A DNA stretch of 64,000 nucleotides, taken from assembly GCA_964571255.1 (NCBI GenBank), contig CAZNAA010000001.1:551674-615673 (forward strand). Reading direction: 5' to 3'. Position 1 is the first letter of the stretch, and every line of letters begins with the position of its first letter. Both the position numbers and the translations under genes were made by a program. Source of the stretch: an uncultured Gammaproteobacteria bacterium. GTDB taxonomy: Bacteria > Patescibacteriota > Microgenomatia > Levybacterales > UBA12049. Shown piece after piece: positions 10,062 to 19,733 of this stretch. A model generated the notes under the pieces. That model worked only from the letters and a program-made list of their open reading frames with translations. It searched no databases and was not told the DNA's origin.

Positions 10062-10964
10062 CTACTTCTTTCTTTTTTTCTCTATTTCATCCCAGAGAAC
10101 GAGAAGAGGTGAGGCGTTAAAGATGGAGGAATACGTTCCAGAAGCAATTCCAATAATGAGTGCAAGAATAAACCACCTAATACTCTCTCCTCCAAAAATA
10201 AGAAGTGTGAATAGAACTAACAGAGCAGTAAATGAAGTATTTAAGGACCGAACAAGGGTTTGAAGAATTGATTCATTTACAATGGTTGCAAAAGCAGTAC
10301 CTTGCATCCTTTTTAGATTCTCTCTAATTCTGTCAAATACGACAATCGTATCATGCACAGAAAACCCAATAACGGTAAGGACAGCTGTTACAAATAAACT
10401 ATCAATTTCCACATGGAAGAAGTGTCCCAGAAGAGAGAAAACTCCAACCAGAAGGAGAACGTCATGAAGAAGTGCTGCAACCGTACAGATTCCAAATCTC
10501 CAAGGCGTAACAGGTTTTGGAACAGATCGAAACGAGTAGGCAATATAAAGAACAATAAGAAGTGAAGAGATGGCAATGGCTTTTAAAGCATTAAGCGTAA
10601 TTTCTCGCCCCACTGTTGGCCCAACGGTTGCAAACTCTTCTTGCTTAAATGATCCTACCTTTTTAGTCAAACTCTCAATGATTTTTTTACTTTGTTCCTC
10701 AGTAAGGGGGGTGGATTTAATAAAAACTGTTTTATCAGCTGCTTGAATCGTTCCTATTTTTATTTTTTCTTTATCAAATACTGCTTGAATTCCCTCTTTT
10801 GTTTTTTGTTCAATTTGTTTTGGGAAAAGAAGTTGAATTCGTGTTCCTCCAGTAAAATCAATCGACCTATTGAGTCCAAAAAGAAGAAGTGAAATTGTTC
10901 CTGGTACGATAAGAACTAAAGAGATAATAAAATACCATAGTTTTTTATCAACAATATTTTTCAT
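10062..10964 (-). CDS. secF: Protein translocase subunit SecF
   Basis: N-terminal TM followed by IDFTGGT. Multi-TM C-terminus. Directly follows secD. Confidence 0.85.
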   Translation of the reverse strand: MKNIVDKKLWYFIISLVLIVPGTISLLLFGLNRSIDFTGGTRIQLLFPKQIEQKTKEGIQAVFDKEKIKIGTIQAADKTVFIKSTPLTEEQSKKIIESLTKKVGSFKQEEFATVGPTVGREITLNALKAIAISSLLIVLYIAYSFRSVPKPVTPWRFGICTVAALLHDVLLLVGVFSLLGHFFHVEIDSLFVTAVLTVIGFSVHDTIVVFDRIRENLKRMQGTAFATIVNESILQTLVRSLNTSFTALLVLFTLLIFGGESIRWFILALIIGIASGTYSSIFNASPLLVLWDEIEKKRKK

Positions 10965-10966
10965 AG

Positions 10967-12349
10967 TTATTTTTTGTAAAAGACATTAACCAAAGTTCTC
11001 GTAACCGTAATTGCTGAAAACATGGAGACTAGGACTCCCAGTGCTAAGGTAACTGCAAACCCTTTAACAATTCCTGTCCCGAAATAGTATAAGACAGCAC
11101 TCGTTATAAGTGAAGCAATGTTTGAGTCCCGAATAGATAACCAGGCTCGAGAAAATCCTAGCTCTAGTGCCAAATCACGTGCTCTTCCAGCTCGAATCTC
11201 TTCTTTCACCCGTTCAAAAATAAGAATATTGGCATCCACTGCTATTCCAATGGAGAGAATAAATCCAGCAATGCCTGCAAGAGTCAGTGTGACAGGAACA
11301 ACCCTAAATAGAGATAGTGTGATCAAGGTATAGATAAAAAGAGCTACACTGGCAATAATTCCTAACCTGCCATATAACACACACATAAAGAGAACAATCA
11401 CAACAAATCCAATCCCTCCAGCAATGAGACTTTTCTTCAAAGACTCCTCACCCAGTGAGGCGCCAATTGCATGACGCTCAAGTACTGAAAGTGAAATAGG
11501 CAACGCACCAGCGTTCAGTTGAATTTGAAGTTGTTTTGCAAGTTCTACACTAAAATCACCTGAAATTACGGCATCTCCTGTTGTGATTGGTTCATTAACC
11601 CGTGGAGCTTCAACAACAAACTCATCAAGAGCAATTGCTACAATCTTGCCCACATTTCGTCTCGTAATATCTGCAAACTTTTTTGATCCATCTCCGGTAA
11701 ATTGGAGTTGTACCTGAGGTTTACCTGTTGTTTGATCAAAAGTGACATTAGCTGCTTTTAGATCAGCTCCTGTAAGATTTGTTTGTTTCGCTCTATCTCC
11801 AAAGAGCTGTGTGAGGCCATAGGGAAGTGCTGATGATGAGCCAATAAGAGTAGCTGACCCACTAGCCCCTTCTTCCCAAAAAGACAGTTTAGCGGTTTGC
11901 CCAATAAGAGAAAGTGCTTGATTCACATCCGTTACTCCTGGAAGCTCAGCAATCACTCGATACTCTTTCCCAACCTTTGCCGTTTGCACCAAAGGCTCAG
12001 ATACTCCAAATAGATTCACTCGCCTCTCGATAACATTTTTAGCTGACTCAAGTGCATTCTCCCTTTGATCTTGAGGGATATCTTTCATATCAGCTTGAAG
12101 AGTAATACTTGTTCCTCCCTCAAGGTCTAATCCTTTTTTAAAGGCAAGATCTTTCTGAAGTTGTACAGAACCTAAACGAACATTCCACTTATCTCCTCCA
12201 AAAATACGTTGCATTTTGATTTCACTTTTAGTAAAAGGTAGTTTGGGAATAGTGAAGGTAACAGGAATTGCAGGAAGGTTAATAAAAACACAAACGAGAG
12301 TAATAATAAAAATCAAAAAGAGGAATCTCTGAGATTCTTTTTTTCTCAT
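10967..12349 (-). CDS. secD: Protein translocase subunit SecD
   Basis: DLEGGTSITLQ periplasmic domain plus a C-terminal 6-TM bundle. secD-secF order. Confidence 0.85.
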   Translation of the reverse strand: MRKKESQRFLFLIFIITLVCVFINLPAIPVTFTIPKLPFTKSEIKMQRIFGGDKWNVRLGSVQLQKDLAFKKGLDLEGGTSITLQADMKDIPQDQRENALESAKNVIERRVNLFGVSEPLVQTAKVGKEYRVIAELPGVTDVNQALSLIGQTAKLSFWEEGASGSATLIGSSSALPYGLTQLFGDRAKQTNLTGADLKAANVTFDQTTGKPQVQLQFTGDGSKKFADITRRNVGKIVAIALDEFVVEAPRVNEPITTGDAVISGDFSVELAKQLQIQLNAGALPISLSVLERHAIGASLGEESLKKSLIAGGIGFVVIVLFMCVLYGRLGIIASVALFIYTLITLSLFRVVPVTLTLAGIAGFILSIGIAVDANILIFERVKEEIRAGRARDLALELGFSRAWLSIRDSNIASLITSAVLYYFGTGIVKGFAVTLALGVLVSMFSAITVTRTLVNVFYKK

Positions 12350-12921
12350 GCTATCATCTCCTCCTCAGAGCCAATAAGCATGACCTTAGATCCAGCAAGA
12401 ATTCCTGAGATAAATGGATCCTTTCTTGTTTTTCTAAACTTAAATTCTTCCTCTGTCATAGCGGTATAATTAATCTCCATTCCAAGTCTGGTCTCTTCAT
12501 TTCGGACTAAAATTGCTAGCTCTGGAAGAACGATAGTTCCTACAATCATAAAATCTACTTCATCAGAACTTTTTTCCATTCGCTTTACAAACTTTCCAGA
12601 AAACACAGCAAATTTAATTTTCCCTAGCTTTATCCTATTTTTCAATACTTCATCCCCAAGTCCAATATTTTTAGCACCAATTACCAAAAGGTCAGCGTAG
12701 AATGGATATTGCTTATTGAGGTAGTAATAGACTCTGTTGGCTCTATTCTCTTTTTCTAGTATCCCATGTTTTTCTAAGAATTGTAACTCCCGTCTAACGG
12801 CATTGATCTCGTCTTCTGTCCGTCTCACGCATTCTCTCACATGATACATTTCCAAAGGAGTAGAAAGAAAAAGACTAAGAAGCTTGATACGAGATTTTGA
12901 AGTAATAAGATCTGCTAACAT
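12346..12921 (-). CDS. Hypothetical protein, possible winged-HTH regulator
   Basis: N-terminal HTH-like segment SRIKLLSLFLSTPLEMYHVRECVRRT. Otherwise no known domain. Confidence 0.4.
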   Translation of the reverse strand: MLADLITSKSRIKLLSLFLSTPLEMYHVRECVRRTEDEINAVRRELQFLEKHGILEKENRANRVYYYLNKQYPFYADLLVIGAKNIGLGDEVLKNRIKLGKIKFAVFSGKFVKRMEKSSDEVDFMIVGTIVLPELAILVRNEETRLGMEINYTAMTEEEFKFRKTRKDPFISGILAGSKVMLIGSEEEMIA

Positions 12922-12990
12922 GTATATATATTGTACCCAAAAGGGATTAAGATTTTCAAGAGAGAAAAGAGCAGATCTCTGGGAGCAAGT

Positions 12991-14208
12991 TTACTTAACT
13001 GTGACGCTAGATTCAAGAGGCAGAATTTCAAACCAGATTTTTCCTCGAGTAAAAACAATTTCCTTTCCCACTTGGTCAAACAGAGTAGTTCGTGCAAGTC
13101 TATTAGCTTTTTTCCAGGTTCCTTTTATTTCTTTTCCGTCCATAAAGATCTGGGCTTTCCCACTTCCTGTCGTTCCGTATAACAAGTGAACATTTCCATC
13201 ATACCCATCATTTGCATTTGATTCTTTTTGGAAAAGCACAGCAACTGTTTTAGCTGTGAGTTGTTTTTTTGTGTTTCGGTCAATATGCGCTTTACTTCCA
13301 TTGACTCGAGAATACAGGTTGTCTTTTGGATTATACGTCCAAGTTACTTCATAATTTGGCATATTTTCCCAGAAGAAAAGAGAGAAAACTTGTGAGGTAG
13401 GTCTTTCTGTTGTTTTTGGATCATCTTTGAAAGAATATGGTTTAAAGTTCTCATCCCACGCCACTCCTTCTTCATCAACCTGAGTTAATCCTCTTTTATT
13501 TTTTGCATAATCCCACACAACATTCGTATTAGAATACTTTGTATGCTCTGTTGCTAGTTGGACTCCATCAAAATCTAACCCTCTAAAAACAGGCACTCCT
13601 ACAGATAACCCGTCAATTTCTCCTACTCCTGCCCAACCGTATTTATTCATTTGTCCCCTCGCATCAGCTTTGGCTCCATTTGCACATCCAGATCCTGTTT
13701 CTCTATTACAATTAGCTGCTCCGTAATGTTGATAAATTGGATCATTTCCATATTCAGACATCCAATCTAAAAAGTAGGTTCGTGCAGATCGAACCGGACC
13801 AATTCGTCCTGCATCCTGACAATAAAAGATATTAAGTGTACGACTAATACCACCTTCTGCTACTGCTTCATAGGTAATATCAGCAAAAGAGATTCCCGAT
13901 TGAGGCCTCGCATCAACACTGTTTTCAATCATTACTCCAAGTGGCCGATGCGTTTCCCACCACTTTTTTTGCTGGGTTGAATAGAGTGCACCATTGATTG
14001 GACACTCTTCAGTTTTAGGGAGAGATTGATCAAAGACAAGTGCATCATAATCATTTCCACCTTCTTCTTGCGTAGCTTCCTGTGCAGTTTTGGGGGCAGG
14101 AGTTAACAGACCTCCACCACCTAAAAGTGTTGAAAACATGAGATATGACCCACCAGCAGTAAAGAGGAAAATTCCTATAGCTAATACTCCAACAATTCCT
14201 TTTTTCAT
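12991..14208 (-). CDS. DUF3048 family secreted/lipoprotein (YerB-like)
   Basis: N-terminal TM/signal. GVMIENSVDARPQSGISFADITYEAVAEGGISR matches the DUF3048 core as I remember it. Confidence 0.65.
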   Translation of the reverse strand: MKKGIVGVLAIGIFLFTAGGSYLMFSTLLGGGGLLTPAPKTAQEATQEEGGNDYDALVFDQSLPKTEECPINGALYSTQQKKWWETHRPLGVMIENSVDARPQSGISFADITYEAVAEGGISRTLNIFYCQDAGRIGPVRSARTYFLDWMSEYGNDPIYQHYGAANCNRETGSGCANGAKADARGQMNKYGWAGVGEIDGLSVGVPVFRGLDFDGVQLATEHTKYSNTNVVWDYAKNKRGLTQVDEEGVAWDENFKPYSFKDDPKTTERPTSQVFSLFFWENMPNYEVTWTYNPKDNLYSRVNGSKAHIDRNTKKQLTAKTVAVLFQKESNANDGYDGNVHLLYGTTGSGKAQIFMDGKEIKGTWKKANRLARTTLFDQVGKEIVFTRGKIWFEILPLESSVTVK

Positions 14209-14210
14209 AG

Positions 14211-14723
14211 TTAAGCTCGCTGAGCAGCCGCTACAGCTTTTTTCTCCTCATCAGATAATTCATGCTCCACTCCTTTTCCTTTTTCCACTTTCTTGGCATA
14301 CCATCTGGTTCCTAATCGGGAGTAAAGTCCTGAGATCACTATTCCTGTGTCTTCTTGGTTTAAGATTGAGAGAATAAAGCTTTGATCTCCTCCCGTATCC
14401 TTAAAAGGATTAAACCGGGTAAGACCAATTTTTTTTAGCGCAACTCGCTCTTCTTCTTCAATCTTATCATACCGATGGGATAGACTTGCAAGCATCTTTT
14501 TTGTTTCTTCTTCTTGCTTCACAATCTCTTCTAAAATTTGTTGTAAGTTCTTTCCTGAGGAGTCATGAATCAGACTGGTATAGTGATTTTTTAATTGAAA
14601 AAGAAGATAAGTAAGATATCCACTCCATGCGAAAAGAACAAGACAAAGAATACCTAGGGGGACCATATAGTTGGATAGTAGCCTCTTGACAATCTTTCTG
14701 TCAATAGTGTAATCTGGGCTCAT
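14211..14723 (-). CDS. DUF4446 family protein
   Basis: TM followed by GLTRFNPFKDTGGDQSFILSILNQEDTGIVISGLYSRLGTRWYAK, characteristic of DUF4446. Confidence 0.6.
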   Translation of the reverse strand: MSPDYTIDRKIVKRLLSNYMVPLGILCLVLFAWSGYLTYLLFQLKNHYTSLIHDSSGKNLQQILEEIVKQEEETKKMLASLSHRYDKIEEEERVALKKIGLTRFNPFKDTGGDQSFILSILNQEDTGIVISGLYSRLGTRWYAKKVEKGKGVEHELSDEEKKAVAAAQRA

Positions 14724-14725
14724 CC

Positions 14726-14971
14726 ATGCCTAAAAATAGAAAAACTCGAGCTCAAAAACAGACACAATCTGTCAAAAGAACTCTTCCTCAAGTAAAAACC
14801 ATCTCTTTTCCCTCCTCTTTTGTAGCAACAAATACACCTTCTGTATCTCAGACGTTTGATACCTATACCTATGTTCTTCCCGATCTTCGGAAAACAGTCT
14901 TTTTAACGACAGGGCTTATTGTTGGTGAGCTATTTCTTTATTATATTGTCCAAACTTTTAAATTATTCTGA
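14726..14971 (+). CDS. Hypothetical small membrane protein (81 aa)
   Basis: Basic N-terminus and a C-terminal TM helix. Starts 3 nt after the divergent gene. Weak evidence. Confidence 0.25.
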   Translation: MPKNRKTRAQKQTQSVKRTLPQVKTISFPSSFVATNTPSVSQTFDTYTYVLPDLRKTVFLTTGLIVGELFLYYIVQTFKLF

Positions 14972-15018
14972 TACGATAATACCGCTAAGCGTATTGTTGA
15001 GAGGAGGTGATAGTAACT

Positions 15019-15165
15019 ATGGTAACAATGTATTGTGTAAAGTGCCGTGAAAAAAGACAAGTTGAGAATGCGACTCCAGTCACCATGAAAAATGGAAAAC
15101 CAGCTATGGAAGCAAAATGCCCTAATTGTGGAACTCGAATGTTCCGAATTGGAAGTGCAAAGTAA
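15019..15165 (+). CDS. Zinc-ribbon microprotein (48 aa, CxxC...CPNCG)
   Basis: Not in the ORF track. ATG at 15019 is preceded by a strong SD (gagaggaggtga). Sequence MVTMYCVKCREKRQVENATPVTMKNGKPAMEAKCPNCGTRMFRIGSAK. Followed by an intrinsic terminator. Confidence 0.55.
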   Translation: MVTMYCVKCREKRQVENATPVTMKNGKPAMEAKCPNCGTRMFRIGSAK

Positions 15166-15183
15166 CTTTTGCTGAAACGCAAT

Positions 15184-15214
15184 AAAAAACCCCACTTCGT
15201 GTGGGGTTTTTTTG
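15184..15214. terminator. Bidirectional rho-independent terminator
   Basis: aaaaaCCCCACttcgtGTGGGGttttttt. GC stem flanked by an A-tract and a T-tract. Sits between two convergent genes. Confidence 0.6.
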
Positions 15215-15231
15215 GTTCATACATTTACTAC

Positions 15232-15798
15232 CTACTCCATTTCTTCAATATCTCCATACGTAAGAGGAACAAGTGTATCTTGGGAGAGAAGAGTAAGAAT
15301 TACTTGAATTGTCTCGTCAAGTCCCGCAGTATTTTGAATAATATAGCCATAAAGATCTGGTTTCAGTTGGTGATAGAGTTCTTCTTGATCCATAATTTCT
15401 TTTGGATCATTTGTAGGAGTTCTATATTTATTTCTCTCAAGCCGTACATCAAGGGAGGTTTCTAGTGTAAAAAGAAACGTCTTTATTTGTGGATGAACAT
15501 ATTTTAAAAATCCTGTGATTTCTTTGGGAAGAAAAAATGGTCCAGCAATAACCACATAGTCCTTCATTTTGAGCTCTTCCTGCGCTGCAAAGGCAAGATT
15601 TTTTCGTGCTTGTAGCCAAATTTCGTTTTTGTGCTCTTCACTTTTCCATAATCCTGTGGGATTTAATCGAGTAACTTCTCCGTCTACGTCAAAAAAAGAA
15701 CTTTTGTATCCTTTTTCCTCAAGTGTTTTTGAGAGAGTTTTCCCTACGGTATTTTTTCCACTCGCAATAAGTCCGTTGATTAAAATAATTGATTTCAT
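15232..15798 (-). CDS. P-loop NTPase, probable small-molecule/nucleotide kinase
   Basis: Walker A GLIASGKNTVGKT at the N-terminus. 188 aa. Confidence 0.55.
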   Translation of the reverse strand: MKSIILINGLIASGKNTVGKTLSKTLEEKGYKSSFFDVDGEVTRLNPTGLWKSEEHKNEIWLQARKNLAFAAQEELKMKDYVVIAGPFFLPKEITGFLKYVHPQIKTFLFTLETSLDVRLERNKYRTPTNDPKEIMDQEELYHQLKPDLYGYIIQNTAGLDETIQVILTLLSQDTLVPLTYGDIEEME

Positions 15799-15804
15799 TT
15801 TTTT

Positions 15805-15915
15805 TTATTCACAACAGGGATCCTTAAAACCACAATTTGGACAGTAGGCGTCTCTACTTCCTGGCATATCGCCCATTTCCGCTCCACACAAGGGGCAAAG
15901 TTGGACTCGAAGCAT
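15805..15915 (-). CDS. Zinc-ribbon microprotein (36 aa)
   Basis: Not in the ORF track. MLRVQLCPLCGAEMGDMPGSRDAYCPNCGFKDPCCE. Start lies 1 nt after the stop of the upstream GT-C gene. Shares the CPNCG motif with the 15019 microprotein. Confidence 0.4.
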   Translation of the reverse strand: MLRVQLCPLCGAEMGDMPGSRDAYCPNCGFKDPCCE

Positions 15916-15916
15916 G

Positions 15917-17485
15917 TTAGTTAGCACTCTTACTTGCCTCTTCATAAGGAGTAAGTTTAATTACTTTAATAAGATCTTTGTAGAGTACCCATTCACCGAC
16001 TACCTGAGCCCTCCCAAAGCCCGCGATCTCAAAAAGAGGATGTCCTAGGGGTTGGCAATCTGGATACTCACAAACAACGAGCAATTGATCAGTTACTGTT
16101 TCACGCCTCGGATCAATAACAGTATTTTGAATCGTTACAGGAGATCTATTTTCAATGTCAAAAAAGTACTTATAAGCATGATCTGAGTTATTTCCGGAAA
16201 GAAGAGCAAAGTTAAAAGGCTTATTATCAGTTTTTGATAAGACAAAATCAGATACGTATTCCATTTGATGTTTTTGTCTGTTAGGCTCATGTTGGAAAGG
16301 ATAGCCTGTAAGGTTTACTAAAACTAAAAAGGCAAGAGCGAGAAGAGCAAGATATTTCCCATAAGGATACGCTCTTTTTGAGGCAAACGCTTTTTGTAAT
16401 CCGTTCCCAACTAACAGGAATGGAACGGGAAACATAAATTGAAAGTAATAATCATAAATGGGACGTTTATAAAATCCAAAAAGAAGTACTCCTAATCCAA
16501 TCCACAGGAAAAAAAGTAACTGAACATATTTGTTTTTTACTCGTGTTAAGAAAAGAAGAGACAAAATAGCACTCACCCAGACCACAATAGTCCATACTAA
16601 AACTAAAGTAGTCGGAGTTTGCGGCAGTCTCCCCCCTTGTGGGAAATACCAAACTAAATCTGCAAAGACTCGGAAAAAGACCGAAAAAACAGTTCCAAGA
16701 TAGGAATAATTAGCAACTATTGAGGCTTCTCCACTTCCAAAAAGAATAAATTTAAAAATAGCAGTGGAGTTAGGAAATCCATTTTTTATTTCAAACGCCA
16801 AAAAAGGAGAGAGACCTAGTAAAAATCCTCCAAATATAAGTCCGTATTGTTTGCAAACAGTAAGAAGTTTTTCTTTTTGCCAGAAGAGTGAGCCGATAAA
16901 CACAAAAAGAGCAATAATAATTCCCGTAAAGACTTCAATGTAATGAAGCTGGAAAGCGATTCCATACAAAATGCCTACCCAAAGAAATAGCCATAGTTTT
17001 TGCTGTGTTACTCCTTTATAGAGAACATATAATAAAAGAAGGGTGAAAAAAGGCATGGGATTTGGATTCCAAGACGAATGTGAATACGTAATTACAACGG
17101 GTGCAATACTATACAGAAGAGCTGCTGAAATTCCCGCACCAGTTCCAAAAAATTCTTTTCCAATCTTATAGATCAAATACACTGTAGCAACAGATAAAAG
17201 TGCCACCATAACTGCGGGACCAACCGGGTTATAGTTAAAAAGAAGCAGAAACGGAGCCATCATGTAGTAATACACAGGACCAGTAAAAAAATCTCCAGCA
17301 GATGCACGTGGCCCAAGAAACGTGAAGTTCCCATGAAGTAAATCTCGAACAATCATCACGTCTCGCCCCTCATCTCCTAAAAAGGTCATGTAGTCTCCAA
17401 TGCGATATAACCGCAAAAAGGCAGCGAGTAATAAAATTACAATCAGAAGTACTACTTCTTTATGCTGAAGGATTTTTTTCATCAT
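15917..17485 (-). CDS. GT-C fold glycosyltransferase, ArnT/PMT (GT39/GT83)-like polyprenyl-phosphate-sugar transferase
   Basis: At least 10 TM helices. N-terminal FLRLYRIGDYMTFLGDEGRD typical of PMT_2/ArnT family. Paired with the GT2 gene next to it. Confidence 0.7.
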   Translation of the reverse strand: MMKKILQHKEVVLLIVILLLAAFLRLYRIGDYMTFLGDEGRDVMIVRDLLHGNFTFLGPRASAGDFFTGPVYYYMMAPFLLLFNYNPVGPAVMVALLSVATVYLIYKIGKEFFGTGAGISAALLYSIAPVVITYSHSSWNPNPMPFFTLLLLYVLYKGVTQQKLWLFLWVGILYGIAFQLHYIEVFTGIIIALFVFIGSLFWQKEKLLTVCKQYGLIFGGFLLGLSPFLAFEIKNGFPNSTAIFKFILFGSGEASIVANYSYLGTVFSVFFRVFADLVWYFPQGGRLPQTPTTLVLVWTIVVWVSAILSLLFLTRVKNKYVQLLFFLWIGLGVLLFGFYKRPIYDYYFQFMFPVPFLLVGNGLQKAFASKRAYPYGKYLALLALAFLVLVNLTGYPFQHEPNRQKHQMEYVSDFVLSKTDNKPFNFALLSGNNSDHAYKYFFDIENRSPVTIQNTVIDPRRETVTDQLLVVCEYPDCQPLGHPLFEIAGFGRAQVVGEWVLYKDLIKVIKLTPYEEASKSAN

Positions 17486-18740
17486 GAAGATGTTGAGTTT
17501 TCCAAATTATCTTATTATAAATCAGATAATTTAAAGGAATAATGAAAAGCACGATAGTTGGAACGACTACAGCAATTCTGGTTGGTAAAAAGCCCAAAAG
17601 AGTATCTCCAAGCATACTCACTCCAAGCCATACGGCAAAGGTCTGAATAAAAATAGCACCAAGAGAGGAAAGATTAAATCGTAAAAAACGAATAGGAAGC
17701 GGGAGTTTTTTCTTCATTTTTCGAGTATCATTAAATGTCCAGAAGTTATTAAACGTAAAGTTGGCAATAATCGCAGCTTCTGCACCGATTCCAGCCCCAA
17801 CTGCATTGGTTAGAGCAATGGGATTTGCTACGTAGTACAAATTATCAATAAAAAGAGCAATTACGGTAGCAAAGCCTGTGTAAATACTCGTTTCTTGAAA
17901 AATAAGTTGTGTAATAAATCCAGTTGCTCCAACAATTAAAAACTTAACAAACCGTTTTGAATCTCGATACCGTAAACGAATAACTACCCAAAACGAATCA
18001 AATAAATCTTTTCTGGCAATCTTACTTGAACCCTCAGTTCTTTCATAAAAAATAATTGGAACTTCTTTTACCTTAGCCCCAAGTTTGACTACTTCATAAA
18101 GGATCTGGATTTTATAGGCATAGTATTTTGAGTACAGGTTTTCTAAATCTACTCGAGAGAGGTAGGAACTAGCAGTCAATTTTAGTCCTGAAGTCATGTC
18201 GTGAATATGAAACGTAAAAAGAACTAACCTAGCAAATAGACTTCCAAAAAAACTCATCAGCTTTCTGTGAAATCCCCATTCTTTTGGAATTTCTCCTCCA
18301 GGAATATACCTACTCCCAATCACATAATCATTTCCTTCTAAATACGCATCTACTAATTTGGGGATATCATCAGGATCATGCTGAAAATCTGCATCAAACT
18401 CAATGACCGCATCTGCATGCATTTTTTCCATTGCATGCCTCATAGCTTTCACATAGGCTGCACCTAAGCCTTTTTTCTCACCTAATAAAAGCGAAATATT
18501 TTTATATTTCTTCATGTAGTCTTTAACTACCTCAGCTGTTTTATCAGGAGAAGAGTCATCAGCCACCAGAATTTCTACTTGCGCATTTTTTATCTTAGGA
18601 AACACTTCCTCAACCAGTTTGGGAAGCATTTTTTCCATGTTTACTCTTTCGTTGTAGGTGGGGATAATAACAACAATTTTTTTCATCTTCTTTTTTACAC
18701 TAGCATGCTCTTTGCTCCGCATCAAGGACAAATATCTCAA
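17460..18740 (-). CDS. GT2 polyprenyl-phosphate sugar synthase (DPM1/ArnC-like) fused to a GtrA-like membrane domain
   Basis: VVIIPTYNE, ADDSSPDKT, DADFQHDP motifs. C-terminal 4-TM GtrA-like region. Confidence 0.75.
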   Translation of the reverse strand: MRYLSLMRSKEHASVKKKMKKIVVIIPTYNERVNMEKMLPKLVEEVFPKIKNAQVEILVADDSSPDKTAEVVKDYMKKYKNISLLLGEKKGLGAAYVKAMRHAMEKMHADAVIEFDADFQHDPDDIPKLVDAYLEGNDYVIGSRYIPGGEIPKEWGFHRKLMSFFGSLFARLVLFTFHIHDMTSGLKLTASSYLSRVDLENLYSKYYAYKIQILYEVVKLGAKVKEVPIIFYERTEGSSKIARKDLFDSFWVVIRLRYRDSKRFVKFLIVGATGFITQLIFQETSIYTGFATVIALFIDNLYYVANPIALTNAVGAGIGAEAAIIANFTFNNFWTFNDTRKMKKKLPLPIRFLRFNLSSLGAIFIQTFAVWLGVSMLGDTLLGFLPTRIAVVVPTIVLFIIPLNYLIYNKIIWKTQHLHDEKNPSA

Positions 18741-18746
18741 AGGGAT

Positions 18747-19721
18747 TTAATAGGTAGTAAGTTTCTCTCTTTCAATATCTGCTTCTACCATCATTTTTAC
18801 GAGAAGCTCGAAAGACGTTTTTGGTTCCCAGCCTAATACCTGTTTAGCTTTTGTATAATCTCCAAGTAAATTATCAACTTCAGCTGGACGCATAAACTCA
18901 GGCGTATTTGATTGGACATATTTTTTCCAATCTGTCTCACCAATAGCAGCAAATGATTTTTCTACAAATTCTTCAATACTATGATTTTCTCCTGTTGCGA
19001 TAACAAAGTCCTCCGCTTTTGGTTGTTGTAACATCATCCACATTGCTTCAACATAGTCTCCAGCAAATCCCCAATCCCTTTTCGCATCTAAATTTCCTAA
19101 TTTAAGTAATTTTTGCTTTCCCAAAGAGATCCGGGCAACTGCATTAGTAATCTTTCTTGTTGAGAATTCCAAACCACGTCTTGGAGATTCATGGTTGAAT
19201 AAAATGCCACAACTGGCAAACATATCAAAACTTTCCCGGTAGTTAACGGTAATATAGTGCCCGTATGCTTTTGCAACTCCATAGGGACTTCTCGGATAAA
19301 AGGGAGTGGTTTCTTTTTGAGGAGTTTCCAGTACTTTCCCAAACATTTCAGAGCTAGAGGCTTGATAAAACTTGATTCGTGGATTTACAATTTTTATTGC
19401 ATCCAATATCCGAGTTACGGAAAGACCTGTCACATCTCCTGTCAAAACAGGTTGCTCCCAAGATGTTTTGACAAACGATTGAGCAGCTAAATTATAGACT
19501 TCAGTCGGTTCTGATTTATTCAATGTTTGAATAAGTGAGCCTTCGTCAAGTAAATCTCCTGAGATAATTGTAACTTTATCCAAAAGATGTTGAATATTCA
19601 CCACATTTGGGGTACTTAATCTTCTTACTAATCCGTATACTTCATAGCCTTTTGATAACAAAAGTTCAGCTAAATATGATCCATCTTGTCCAGTAATTCC
19701 TGTTATTAATGCTTTTTTCAT
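18747..19721 (-). CDS. gmd: GDP-mannose 4,6-dehydratase
   Basis: [53 protein letters not shown]. Confidence 0.85.
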   Translation of the reverse strand: MKKALITGITGQDGSYLAELLLSKGYEVYGLVRRLSTPNVVNIQHLLDKVTIISGDLLDEGSLIQTLNKSEPTEVYNLAAQSFVKTSWEQPVLTGDVTGLSVTRILDAIKIVNPRIKFYQASSSEMFGKVLETPQKETTPFYPRSPYGVAKAYGHYITVNYRESFDMFASCGILFNHESPRRGLEFSTRKITNAVARISLGKQKLLKLGNLDAKRDWGFAGDYVEAMWMMLQQPKAEDFVIATGENHSIEEFVEKSFAAIGETDWKKYVQSNTPEFMRPAEVDNLLGDYTKAKQVLGWEPKTSFELLVKMMVEADIEREKLTTY

Positions 19722-19733
19722 GTACAGTTAATT

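Noticed and set aside
14941-15224. Minus-strand ORFs of 84 and 79 aa overlapping the zinc-ribbon gene region
   Set aside because: They overlap a plus-strand ORF with a strong SD and terminator. They also run through the terminator hairpin and are not supported.
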